Part shown: piece after piece, positions 37,281-46,787 of the stretch
How the letters are laid out: each line of letters starts with the position of its first letter
Numbering within the stretch: the stretch's first letter is position 1
The notes under the pieces: model-generated
Told to the model about the DNA's origin: nothing
What the model saw: the letters and a program-made list of their open reading frames with translations, nothing else
Databases searched by the model: none
Program-made: the position numbers and the translations under genes
NCBI GenBank assembly: GCA_964621065.1
Contig: CAZULG010000005.1
Coordinates: forward strand, 108-64,107
DNA: 64,000 bases
Direction of reading: 5' to 3'
Origin: an uncultured Methanosarcinales archaeon
GTDB taxonomy: Archaea > Nanobdellota > Nanobdellia > Woesearchaeales > UBA583

Positions 37281-39230
37281 ATGTCAATACACGTGCTCTC
37301 AGATGAACTCTCAAATCAAATTGCAGCTGGTGAAGTAATTGAGAGTCCTGCAATGCTTATTAAAGAATTAATTGAGAATTCTCTTGACGCTAAAGCAAAT
37401 ACGATTTCAATTACAATTGAAGAGTCAGGTCTTAAATATATTAAAGTTGAGGATAATGGAGTTGGAATTGAAAAAGATGATTTATCTCTTGCACCTCTAA
37501 GACACTCAACGTCTAAAATCTCAACATTTGAAGATTTATACTCTATCTCAACGATGGGTTTTCGTGGAGAAGCGCTTGCATCCATTTTCTCAATTGCCAA
37601 AGTTGAATTAATTTCAAAACCAAAATATCAAGAATATGCATACAAAATTACAAATATAAATAATAATTCTTCGCAAAAAAAGGTTGGTTATACTCCTCAA
37701 AAAGCCGCGAGTAATGATGGAACAACCATCATTATTTCTGATTTGTTTTATAACACTCCTGCTCGAAAAAAATATCTCTCAACGCCTCAACATGAGTTGA
37801 AAAAAATTATAGAAGTTGTAAAATTAATTGCTCTCATCCATCCATCACTTCAAATTTCTCTAGTGCATAACTCCAAAACATTGTTTTCAAAACCATTTTT
37901 TGACTCACTTCATACCAATATTCAATATATATTATCCTCAACTCTTTCAAATACTGAGTTAATTGAAGTTTCAAATTCAACGCCTCAAATGATACTCTCA
38001 GGCTACATTGCAAATCCAAATGAAATAACATTTGCAACAAAAAAATATTGCTATTTATTTATCAACTCACGCCCTATCACATCTGCTTTATTGCACAAAG
38101 CTATAATGTCAGGAATTGGAACAAATATTCACAGTGGACGATTTCCACTATATTTGATTAATATTATTATTGACCCACAACTCATTGATGTCAATATTCA
38201 TCCGTCTAAAAAAGAAGTTAAATTTGAACAAGAATTAGTCATATTTTCAGTTGTGAGTGAAGCAATTTCTCAATTATTTACTCAAGCATCTATTTTACCT
38301 TCAATGAAACATGCTTCAAAACAACAAAGGAATAATACTCGTTTAATTCAAGATGAGCAGGTTGCAAAAACTCTCTCAAACAAATCTACCTCCTCACATA
38401 ATTCTTCTCATCATCCTCAGTTTTCAAATTATTTTTCTCGTGATCTACAACAAGAATTGAGTAATGTGGTTCATGAAGAAGTTGCGCAATATGAGATACA
38501 AAATAATTCATTAAATGAAGATGTAGTTAATTTTTCTTCTGATATTAACAAAGAGGATGAGCAAGAAATTGTTTCTTCTCACGTGCAAGAAAATTCTCAG
38601 GCTCAAACTAATTCGCAATCTTCTTCTCCTCTGCTTGAGTATTTGGGTGAGTATCGAGTAGTTGGACAATTATTAAAAACATATATTATTGTTGAAACGC
38701 CAAGAGGAATGCTCATCATTGATCAACATGTTGTTGAGGAGAAATTTTATTATGAATTATTCAAATCTCAATTTCACTCAACAAAGAAATCAACACAACA
38801 ATTACTCAAACCTGAAATTTTAAGAATTTCTCAAGAAGAGCGCATTGCATATGAACAATTAAATAAACTACTTGAGCAACTTGGATTTGATATTGAGCTT
38901 TTGCAAGAAAATGAGTTGATTATTCGTCAAGTTCCTCTTAATTTAAAGGGTAAAGAATTACCAACTCAAATTATTAAAGATATGCTACTTGATTTTGATG
39001 AGTATTCTAATCAATCTAGTGAATCATTTGAAGAATATTTAATTGAACATTTGTCCTCTCTCTCATGCAAAGCATCTATTCGAGCAGGAGAGGAGAAAAC
39101 ACACTCTCAGCTTGTTGAGTTGATTGAGAAATTAAAGACACTCGATGAACCATTTAATTGTCCTCACGGACGGCCCATTATTATGGAGTTCTCCTCTAAG
39201 TATTTGGAGAAATTGTTTGGAAGAAGATGA
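37281..39230 (+). CDS. mutL: DNA mismatch repair protein MutL (endonuclease-type)
   Basis: IAAGEVIESPAMLIKELIENSLDA (GHKL ATPase), endonuclease motif DQHVVEEKFYYE (DQHA-x2-E-x4-E pattern) and C-terminal FNCPHGRP. Confidence 0.9.
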   Translation: MSIHVLSDELSNQIAAGEVIESPAMLIKELIENSLDAKANTISITIEESGLKYIKVEDNGVGIEKDDLSLAPLRHSTSKISTFEDLYSISTMGFRGEALASIFSIAKVELISKPKYQEYAYKITNINNNSSQKKVGYTPQKAASNDGTTIIISDLFYNTPARKKYLSTPQHELKKIIEVVKLIALIHPSLQISLVHNSKTLFSKPFFDSLHTNIQYILSSTLSNTELIEVSNSTPQMILSGYIANPNEITFATKKYCYLFINSRPITSALLHKAIMSGIGTNIHSGRFPLYLINIIIDPQLIDVNIHPSKKEVKFEQELVIFSVVSEAISQLFTQASILPSMKHASKQQRNNTRLIQDEQVAKTLSNKSTSSHNSSHHPQFSNYFSRDLQQELSNVVHEEVAQYEIQNNSLNEDVVNFSSDINKEDEQEIVSSHVQENSQAQTNSQSSSPLLEYLGEYRVVGQLLKTYIIVETPRGMLIIDQHVVEEKFYYELFKSQFHSTKKSTQQLLKPEILRISQEERIAYEQLNKLLEQLGFDIELLQENELIIRQVPLNLKGKELPTQIIKDMLLDFDEYSNQSSESFEEYLIEHLSSLSCKASIRAGEEKTHSQLVELIEKLKTLDEPFNCPHGRPIIMEFSSKYLEKLFGRR

Positions 39231-39232
39231 AG

Positions 39233-39454
39233 TTAAGAATACGAAGTATTTACAACTTCACAAATCATCAATCTATCGAACTCTTTCTCTTTATGATTAG
39301 AGTTTAAATACATTTTCTGAAGTGCTTCTTCTTTTGATTCAGCTTCAATTGTATCAACTAACACTGCGTCTTGAGTTGGTTCAAACTCTCCTTTTTTAGT
39401 TTTAAATTCTGTGTAGCAAGCTCTTCCAATTTCTAATATCATAAATCGTTTCAT
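39233..39454 (-). CDS. Small hypothetical protein co-transcribed with the DpnI-like gene
   Basis: 73-aa ORF that overlaps the upstream gene's stop by 4 nt. Confidence 0.4.
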   Translation of the reverse strand: MKRFMILEIGRACYTEFKTKKGEFEPTQDAVLVDTIEAESKEEALQKMYLNSNHKEKEFDRLMICEVVNTSYS

Positions 39455-40221
39455 TGTATTAACTTATACACACCTCTCTTTTTAAACTCTAATATTTTAT
39501 TATCTCTTAAAACTTGAAGTTGTTGTCTAATTTTTGCTTGAATATTGTTATTTAGTGGGTGTAATTCTTTAAAATAACCTTCAAATTTGTAAATATCATT
39601 AAGAGTAAATTCATCTCCAATATCTTGAACAACTTTCAAAACATCTGATGTCCATCCTCTCAACTCAGGTTTCTTATTTGCAAGAAAGAACATTTTTCTC
39701 CATTGTGAATTTACTTTTTCTTTTTCAATGATTTCTTCATTTTTAATAATTTTAATTTTTCCTTCTTGTGGTAATTTATCAAGTAAAAAATTACAACCAA
39801 CCCAACCCGCTCTTCTTGCTGTTTGTGAGAGAGGTTTTCTTTTCTCAATCATTGAGTGAGTTACAAAAAATTTTGGAATCATGTTTAATGATTTTACTCT
39901 CCAATCATCACTTGAATAATGCATAATGAAAAAATTTGGAGATTTCTTTTCATCTATAATTTTTTTCATTGTGTTATATTCTCCATCAACTACTTTTCTA
40001 GCAAATGGTTTTTTTGAACTTTTAAGTTGAAAATCATTTCCACAATTTAGACAATAAAAATCATATCCTTTTTTATTATGCTCATAAGTAGAAACTGATT
40101 TACTTAAGCAACACGGGCAATACATCTCATTTGAAAACCAATTTTCAGTGAGTACTCGTGCAATTTGAGAATTATTCGTATAAGAATTAAATACATCTTT
40201 TTGATACATTGATACATCCAT
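39451..40221 (-). CDS. DpnI-family methyl-directed (type IIM) restriction endonuclease-like protein
   Basis: From memory of R.DpnI: NSQIARVLTENW...YCPCC..., DFYCLNCGNDFQLKS, RKPLSQTARRAGWVGCN, RGWTSDVL, FTLNDIYKFE and IRQQLQVLRDNKILEFKKRGVYK parallel DpnI along its whole ~255-aa length (catalytic domain plus winged-helix domain). Confidence 0.75.
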   Translation of the reverse strand: MDVSMYQKDVFNSYTNNSQIARVLTENWFSNEMYCPCCLSKSVSTYEHNKKGYDFYCLNCGNDFQLKSSKKPFARKVVDGEYNTMKKIIDEKKSPNFFIMHYSSDDWRVKSLNMIPKFFVTHSMIEKRKPLSQTARRAGWVGCNFLLDKLPQEGKIKIIKNEEIIEKEKVNSQWRKMFFLANKKPELRGWTSDVLKVVQDIGDEFTLNDIYKFEGYFKELHPLNNNIQAKIRQQLQVLRDNKILEFKKRGVYKLIQ

Positions 40222-40296
40222 ATTTTAGATTAAAAATTAAAACTTTTAAATGTTACTTTTTGGAAAAGTAGAAATTCTTCTTCCTCCTTAGAGGAA

Positions 40297-40656
40297 TTAA
40301 CCAATTTTTTGCTTTGCAGCTTCAACTACTCCTTTTGAATTTCCAACAAAATATTCTTGCCCAATTTGAATAATTGGGCGCTTGAGAAATGTGTATTCTT
40401 GCAAAATTGCTGCTTTAAAATCTTCATCTTCAATTAGAGAATCTTTTAGAAATTTGTATTTTTGAGCGCGTTTGTTAAACAATTCTTCATACGAACACTT
40501 CATTGTCTTTTGAATCTCTTCAAGCTCTTGCTGTGTAATATTGTGTTGTTTAATATCAATCAGAGTTGAATTTGAAGAATTCAAATTTAATTCATCAATA
40601 ATTCTCTTGCACGTTGTGCAGGAGGATAAATGCCACACTTTAATATTTTTTGTCAT
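40297..40656 (-). CDS. ArsC/Spx/YffB-family thioredoxin-fold protein
   Basis: IKVWHLSSCTTCKRIIDEL..., LFNKRAQKYKFL and LKRPIIQIG...FVG. Length 119 aa. Confidence 0.7.
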   Translation of the reverse strand: MTKNIKVWHLSSCTTCKRIIDELNLNSSNSTLIDIKQHNITQQELEEIQKTMKCSYEELFNKRAQKYKFLKDSLIEDEDFKAAILQEYTFLKRPIIQIGQEYFVGNSKGVVEAAKQKIG

Positions 40657-40677
40657 TTTTTATTTTTACCATTTAAC

Positions 40678-41193
40678 TTAATCTTTGAACATCTCAGGTA
40701 GAATTTCAACAATAGTTCCTCTTTTCCCGTTTGAAATATCTAAATTTAATTGTTCACACACTTCTCTCATTTTCTCTTCACTTTGCGTTTCAATTTCCAA
40801 ATATGTTGGAATATGTTCTAATGTGTCTAATTCAAAATGAACATCTTCTAACTCATAATGTTCTCTGTGTTTTCTAAATACGTCTCCTTTTTCAAATCCT
40901 AATTTTTCAATAAGTTTAATTGCTTCTTCATAATCATTTGTTTTAATTTCAACTTCATCTCTATTTGTCATCTCAGATGATTTTACAGGGTCTTTATATG
41001 TAATTGTTACATCTCCATCAACATTTCTCACTCGTAAATATTTCATTTGAGAATTTGAAGCATGAAATCCTTCAGCTAAAAAAGGATATGATTCAATCTG
41101 TGTGCTATATTGTAATTCTGCTCCTAACTTCTCAAGTTTAACTTTAATTTCTTCAACGTTAATATTGAGAAATTTTAATTCAACCTCTTCCAT
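40678..41193 (-). CDS. CYTH-domain protein (CyaB/ThTPase family)
   Basis: N-terminal EVELKF (ExExK signature). A 171-aa beta-barrel-type pattern with alternating acidic/basic residues. Confidence 0.7.
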   Translation of the reverse strand: MEEVELKFLNINVEEIKVKLEKLGAELQYSTQIESYPFLAEGFHASNSQMKYLRVRNVDGDVTITYKDPVKSSEMTNRDEVEIKTNDYEEAIKLIEKLGFEKGDVFRKHREHYELEDVHFELDTLEHIPTYLEIETQSEEKMREVCEQLNLDISNGKRGTIVEILPEMFKD

Positions 41194-41297
41194 ATAAACT
41201 AAAATTTTAAATAATTTAACTATTTATTTAACTACTTCCAAAAACATAAAAAATTTTCAAAATAATAAGAATTCAAATATTTCGTAGAAATATTTAG

Positions 41298-42275
41298 TTA
41301 CTCAAATTTATCAAGCAATTCTTCAATATCGATATTTGTAATGTCCTGTTTTGCAAGAGCAATCTCGGCACTCTCAGGTAGTTCATCTAAATACGTATCA
41401 CGCTCATTATCATTATGATACAACACACCACAAGGAATTGCTTCGTTTTTGAACCCTCCTGCTTTTTCTCTGTGAACTACTGCAAATGACCACGCCTTAT
41501 TCGTTGGATTATAATCATCACTCTCCTCAATTCTGAAACATCGCTCTTTGAAAAATTGATGATTTTTACTTGGATTGTATGAGACACATGGTTGCAATAA
41601 TTCAATCATAGCAAACCCGTTATGTTTCATTGCTTGCGCCATAATTTTGGTAGTATGCTCCATATCTCCTGCAAAACATCGCGCTACAAATGTTGCACCA
41701 TTAGTCAGTGCTTGCTCAATTGGATGTACGGGAGTTTCAATTGACCCATTAGGAGTTGACACAGTCTTCGTTCCTCGTGGAGATGTAGGAGAAGTTTGAC
41801 CTTTTGTGAGTCCATAAATTTCATTATTATGCACTAAGTACGTAACATTCAAATTTCTCCTCGCACTATGAACAAAGTGTCCCATACCTAAACCAAATCC
41901 ATCTCCATCTCCTCCAACAACGACAACATTTGTGTCTTTATTTGCGAGTTTTACACCAGTTGCCACAGGAAGTGCACGACCATGCAGTGTTTCAACTCCA
42001 AAACATTTCACATAATGTGGAAACTTTCCCGCTTGTCCAATTCCTGAGACAATACACACTTCTTCAGGGCGAATATTTAAACTCACCATCGCTTTTTTGA
42101 ACGCAAGTAAAATTGCAAAATTACCACACCCTGGGCACCATTGTGATTTGTGTTCAGGCTCATCCCAATCTTTCACCTCACTTGAGTGTTCTTCATACAA
42201 TCTCACAACCTCTTCATGATCATTAATCTCTTTTGATTTTTTCCATACATCTTCACTTGTTTCAACGAGTTTCAT
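41298..42275 (-). CDS. korB: 2-oxoacid:ferredoxin oxidoreductase, beta (TPP-binding) subunit
   Basis: WCPGCGNFAIL and the VVVGGDGDGFGLGMGHF TPP motif. It overlaps the alpha subunit gene by 4 nt. Confidence 0.85.
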   Translation of the reverse strand: MKLVETSEDVWKKSKEINDHEEVVRLYEEHSSEVKDWDEPEHKSQWCPGCGNFAILLAFKKAMVSLNIRPEEVCIVSGIGQAGKFPHYVKCFGVETLHGRALPVATGVKLANKDTNVVVVGGDGDGFGLGMGHFVHSARRNLNVTYLVHNNEIYGLTKGQTSPTSPRGTKTVSTPNGSIETPVHPIEQALTNGATFVARCFAGDMEHTTKIMAQAMKHNGFAMIELLQPCVSYNPSKNHQFFKERCFRIEESDDYNPTNKAWSFAVVHREKAGGFKNEAIPCGVLYHNDNERDTYLDELPESAEIALAKQDITNIDIEELLDKFE

Positions 42276-44020
42276 TTGTTATTACCTCCCATAAAATCTT
42301 TCACTTCTTGATATACTTCCTCAAAGAAAAATGGACGAGCGTCATATCGAAGTCTTTTCTCTTGAATATTTAAACTTGTATTCATTCTAATTAACGAATG
42401 CAATTGTGCTCCAATATTTCCTTCAAATAACATTACTTTGTTTTTCTCAACATCATCTTTGAGTAACTCTTCAACAAATTCCCAATCGCACGGATTGAGA
42501 TATAAAAAATGAATCTGCCTAACTTTTACTCCATCTTCTTCTAGATATTTTCTTGCTTCTTGTAAAATCATTTTATTTGAACCCCAAGACACAAGTGTAA
42601 TATCATAATCTTGAGTTGAACCTAACACTTTTGGACGAGTTCTCTCTTTAGGTATGTTTTGAAGTTTTCTATTTCGCTTCTCCATTTGAAGTCTATGCAT
42701 ATCTCCATCTTCACTCGTCCATCCAGTCTCATCATGTTCATATGAAGAATTTACATGACACGCTCCTTTTTGCCCAATGACTACACGCTGTGAAATTCCA
42801 CTCTCTGTTAACTCATACCTCTTATAATTTTCCATCTCAATATTCTCATCAAAAGGTTGATAATACCCTCTATCAATTTTCAAATTAGATGTATCAAATC
42901 GTTTAGTCATACTTTGTGAATTTGAAATATGTTTATCTAACAATACAATCACAGGAGTTTGCACCAAATCTGCAACATTAAACGCTTCAAAACTCTCATA
43001 AAAACACTCATCTAAATCCCCTGGAGCTAAGACAACTTTTGGAAATTCTCCAGAACCTGAATACAACACATGCATCAAATCCCCTTGATCTGTATATGTT
43101 GGAAGCCCAGTTGAAGGCCCTGCTCGTTGGCACTCAAACATTACTAAAGGGTTTTCAGACATTCCTGCAAATGAAATTGCTTCATTCATCAACGCATATC
43201 CTCCTCCTGATGTTGCACCCATTGCACGAGCTCCTGCAGCTGATGCTCCAATAATATTATTAATCGCAGCAATTTCATCTTCTGCGTGCTTTGTTGTAAT
43301 GTTGTGCGTAATTTCTTTTGCAGCAAAAAATGATAAAAATGAAGATGAAGGAGTCATTGGATACTCACTCACAAACTTTACTCCTGCTTTCAATGCTCCC
43401 AAAGCAGCTGCATCATTTCCACTCATCATAATCATATTTTGAGTAATTTCTTGTTTAAAAATTCTATTCAATCGTTTATGGGAAAAATGCTCAACGATAT
43501 AATCAAAGCCTCTTTGAGCAACTGTAATATTACTCTCAATTAATTCTTTAGATTTTTTTGCAAAGTGTTTTTGAAGAACTTGTGAGAGCATTGAGTTATC
43601 TTCACACATCAGCGCAACTGCTGATCCAAATAATAACGTGTTTTTAAATCGCTTCCCTTCTTCTTTAATTAACTCATCAATAGGTATTGAGACAATATAC
43701 TCATCCACATGCTCCCATTTTTCTAATAATTTTGAATCTGTTAAGACTATTCCGTTATGATTTCTTGAAGGAATATCTTCTTGCAGAGCTAATTGATCCA
43801 GACAAATCACAATATCGTGAAATTTTACTTCTGCACTCACAATTTCATCTTCTGCTCGAATTGAACACGTGTTATGTCCTCCTTTAATTAGAGATGGATA
43901 ATCTGTAGTGTACATCACGTGCAGACCATTCATCTTAAAAAATTTAGAAATTAAGAGTCCAATTGTAAATACTCCTTCACCAGCTGGACCTCCTGCTTTT
44001 AACGAAATTTTATTTTGCAT
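42272..44020 (-). CDS. korA: 2-oxoacid:ferredoxin oxidoreductase, fused gamma-alpha subunit
   Basis: N-terminal gamma-like ISLKAGGPAGEGVFTIG, then alpha-like GNDAAALGALKAGVKFVSEYPMTPSS. Confidence 0.85.
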   Translation of the reverse strand: MQNKISLKAGGPAGEGVFTIGLLISKFFKMNGLHVMYTTDYPSLIKGGHNTCSIRAEDEIVSAEVKFHDIVICLDQLALQEDIPSRNHNGIVLTDSKLLEKWEHVDEYIVSIPIDELIKEEGKRFKNTLLFGSAVALMCEDNSMLSQVLQKHFAKKSKELIESNITVAQRGFDYIVEHFSHKRLNRIFKQEITQNMIMMSGNDAAALGALKAGVKFVSEYPMTPSSSFLSFFAAKEITHNITTKHAEDEIAAINNIIGASAAGARAMGATSGGGYALMNEAISFAGMSENPLVMFECQRAGPSTGLPTYTDQGDLMHVLYSGSGEFPKVVLAPGDLDECFYESFEAFNVADLVQTPVIVLLDKHISNSQSMTKRFDTSNLKIDRGYYQPFDENIEMENYKRYELTESGISQRVVIGQKGACHVNSSYEHDETGWTSEDGDMHRLQMEKRNRKLQNIPKERTRPKVLGSTQDYDITLVSWGSNKMILQEARKYLEEDGVKVRQIHFLYLNPCDWEFVEELLKDDVEKNKVMLFEGNIGAQLHSLIRMNTSLNIQEKRLRYDARPFFFEEVYQEVKDFMGGNNK

Positions 44021-44124
44021 AATTAATATGAGTTATTTTAGTATAAATGAATTTATCACTTCTTTAAAATGGAGAAAGACATATGTGTGAATAATTAGAT
44101 TAAAAATAATAATAATTTTTTAAC

Positions 44125-44153
44125 AAAAGGGGATAGGCAATTTGCCACCCCCT
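44125..44153 (-). terminator. GC-rich hairpin plus T-tract immediately after the leader-distal repeat (candidate pre-crRNA terminator)
   Basis: The minus strand reads GGGGGTGGCAAATTGCCTATCCCCTTTTGTT. The stem is GGGG/GGCA paired with TGCC/CCCC, followed by an oligo-T run. It is the only GC-rich patch in this spacer. Confidence 0.45.
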
Positions 44154-46282
44154 ATCTACAATAGTAGAAATTTTTTAATTTCTTAAATAATTGAGCTTTA
44201 AGATGGTTATATTGTTTCATCTACAATAGTAGAAATTTTTTAATTTTCTTAAATGCAAATACTGAACTTGAGAATAATATTAAGATCTACAATAGTAGAA
44301 ATTTTTTAATTTTCTTAAATTTTCTTCCTTAATCTCTCTAAGGAGCTTATCTACAATAGTAGAAATTTTTTAATTTTCTTAAATGATTTATAGCAACAAT
44401 TCAAAAATCACAACATCTACAATAGTAGAAATTTTTTAATTTTCTTAAATTGTTGAAGGTTATGAATTTGAAGAAATAGATCTACAATAGTAGAAATTTT
44501 TTAATTTTCTTAAATTCCACGAACATTATTTAAGAGATTTAAATCTACAATAGTAGAAATTTTTTAATTTTCTTAAATGAATAGAAGAGGTAACTAAAGA
44601 TGATAGAATCTACAATAGTAGAAATTTTTTAATTTTCTTAAATGCTAATGATTATAAAAATTTAATTCTCTCATATCTACAATAGTAGAAATTTTTTAAT
44701 TTTCTTAAATATTATGCAGTAGAGTTGAAAAAAAATTATCATCTACAATAGTAGAAATTTTTTAATTTTCTTAAATTTGGATTAGAAACTTATCGTATTA
44801 ATACATCTACAATAGTAGAAATTTTTTAATTTTCTTAAATTATTTGTGTAGGAGGATTATAACTCTCTTATCTACAATAGTAGAAATTTTTTAATTTTCT
44901 TAAATATTCTTCATCCTTTAAATTCTTTGATCAAGATCTACAATAGTAGAAATTTTTTAATTTTCTTAAATTAAATATTGAAATATTAGTAATAGTAGAA
45001 GATCTACAATAGTAGAAATTTTTTAATTTTCTTAAATCAAATACTTTGAGATTGGCAGAGATTTTTAATCTACAATAGTAGAAATTTTTTAATTTTCTTA
45101 AATTTGATGATTGTTGTGTTTGAGAATTTACATTATCTACAATAGTAGAAATTTTTTAATTTTCTTAAATTTTGAGTATTTTGAAGCTTACAAGCTATCT
45201 ACAATAGTAGAAATTTTTTAATTTTCTTAAATCTTGTACTGCACTTTGTGCAACTTCTCCAGATCTACAATAGTAGAAATTTTTTAATTTTCTTAAATAG
45301 CAATTGTTAATTTATGCCAATTCCCATATCTACAATAGTAGAAATTTTTTAATTTTCTTAAATCAACAGATAAAATCATTGTTAATATTATCAATCTACA
45401 ATAGTAGAAATTTTTTAATTTTCTTAAATGAGGAGGTTCATTTTATGCATCCCTCCTATCTACAATAGTAGAAATTTTTTAATTTTCTTAAATTTTAGTG
45501 GGTAATGGAGACATTGAATTATTAGAATCTACAATAGTAGAAATTTTTTAATTTTCTTAAATAATAAGTTATCAAAAAAACGCAACATTTAATCTACAAT
45601 AGTAGAAATTTTTTAATTTTCTTAAATATGTAAGTGAAGGACAAGAAGTAAATCAAATCTACAATAGTAGAAATTTTTTAATTTTCTTAAATTTCAACAG
45701 TTGATTCACTATCCCCGTAATATCTACAATAGTAGAAATTTTTTAATTTTCTTAAATGATATTAGGAATGATATTTGTGATATTATTATCTACAATAGTA
45801 GAAATTTTTTAATTTTCTTAAATTGATTGCGATTCCTTCACTACCACCTTTGATCTACAATAGTAGAAATTTTTTAATTTTCTTAAATTAGAACAGTAGA
45901 GCCATCTAATTTTCTTCTATCTACAATAGTAGAAATTTTTTAATTTTCTTAAATAAAATTAGGAATACCTGAGCGAGGATTTCATCTACAATAGTAGAAA
46001 TTTTTTAATTTTCTTAAATTCGTGTGAAGTTTTCGCGTCCAAATCAATTTTATCTACAATAGTAGAAATTTTTTAATTTTCTTAAATAACCATACGGTTT
46101 TAGGTATGGTATACTATCTACAATAGTAGAAATTTTTTAATTTTCTTAAATTTTATTGAGAGATAGAATTGATGAAGATATATCTACAATAGTAGAAATT
46201 TTTTAATTTTCTTAAATTGCCATAAGTCTTATATGCCACACATATAATCTACAATAGTAGAAATTTTTTAATTTTCTTAAAT
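44154..46282 (-). CRISPR. CRISPR array, 33 repeats (36 nt) and 32 spacers (26-33 nt), Cas12a-type repeat
   Basis: The plus-strand unit atctacaatagtagaaattttttaattttcttaaat reads ATTTAAGAAAATTAAAAAATTTCTACTATTGTAGAT on the minus strand, ending in the Cas12a handle stem-loop UCUAC-UAUU-GUAGA-U. My hand count of repeat plus spacer lengths sums exactly to 2129 nt. The distal repeat (44154-44188) is 35 nt, with one T lost. Confidence 0.97.
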
Positions 46283-46514
46283 AGGTCGATTTTAATTAGG
46301 TTTTTCTAAATATAAGGTATTATGCTATTTAAAGAGCTCTTTTATCATTTTAGAAAAATCTCTAAAACTCATTTTGCCTAGTTAAGATATTAATTTTAAA
46401 TTATAATAATATTTAAATATTTGCCTTAAAAGTACTAGAAACTAATAAAAATGATGTTTTTATATTCAGATACAATAAAAATAAAGACTAAGGTTTGCAA
46501 CTTTTGAAAATGAA
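46283..46514 (-). promoter_or_regulatory. CRISPR leader (232 nt, AT-rich) with TATA-like box ~25 nt upstream of first repeat
   Basis: It lies between the cas2 stop and the first repeat. The minus strand reads CCTTATATTTAG at 46306-46317. The degenerate repeat sits at the opposite end of the array, which supports this polarity. Confidence 0.6.
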
Positions 46515-46787
46515 TTAAAACATAACTAAATCCTCCTCCTCATTTTTAGCATATCCATATCTATGAATTTGACAACTTCCACTTAATTCAAAAATCATCA
46601 CACTATCACTTTGTGTAAATTTCTTCTCAAATTTAGATTTGATTTCACTTTTAACAATTTCAAGTAATCTCTTACTATTATTAATCTCATACACCGAGTA
46701 TTGTAATCTTCTTCCATATTCTAAAATAAATTTAGAAAATTGAGTTCTGAGTTTATCATCTTTAATATCATATGTTAAAATAATCAT
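46515..46787 (-). CDS. cas2: CRISPR-associated endoribonuclease Cas2
   Basis: MIILTYDIKDDKLRTQFSKFILEYGRRLQYSVYE is a typical Cas2 N-terminus. Length 90 aa, with a 4-nt overlap with cas1. Confidence 0.9.
   Translation of the reverse strand: MIILTYDIKDDKLRTQFSKFILEYGRRLQYSVYEINNSKRLLEIVKSEIKSKFEKKFTQSDSVMIFELSGSCQIHRYGYAKNEEEDLVMF

Noticed and set aside
44972-45001. Spacer 13 contains aatagtagaa, a 10-nt match to the repeat core, which hints at a spacer acquired from a CRISPR array.
   Set aside because: With 32 AT-rich spacers compared against a 36-nt AT-rich repeat on both strands, a 10-mer match is about what is expected by chance. The flanking bases do not extend the match.
46283-46514. 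I looked for a tracrRNA-like anti-repeat or a second mini-array in the leader and around the effector genes.
   Set aside because: No partial repeat complement was seen outside the array. Cas12a-type systems do not need a tracrRNA, and the repeat handle fold is self-contained.
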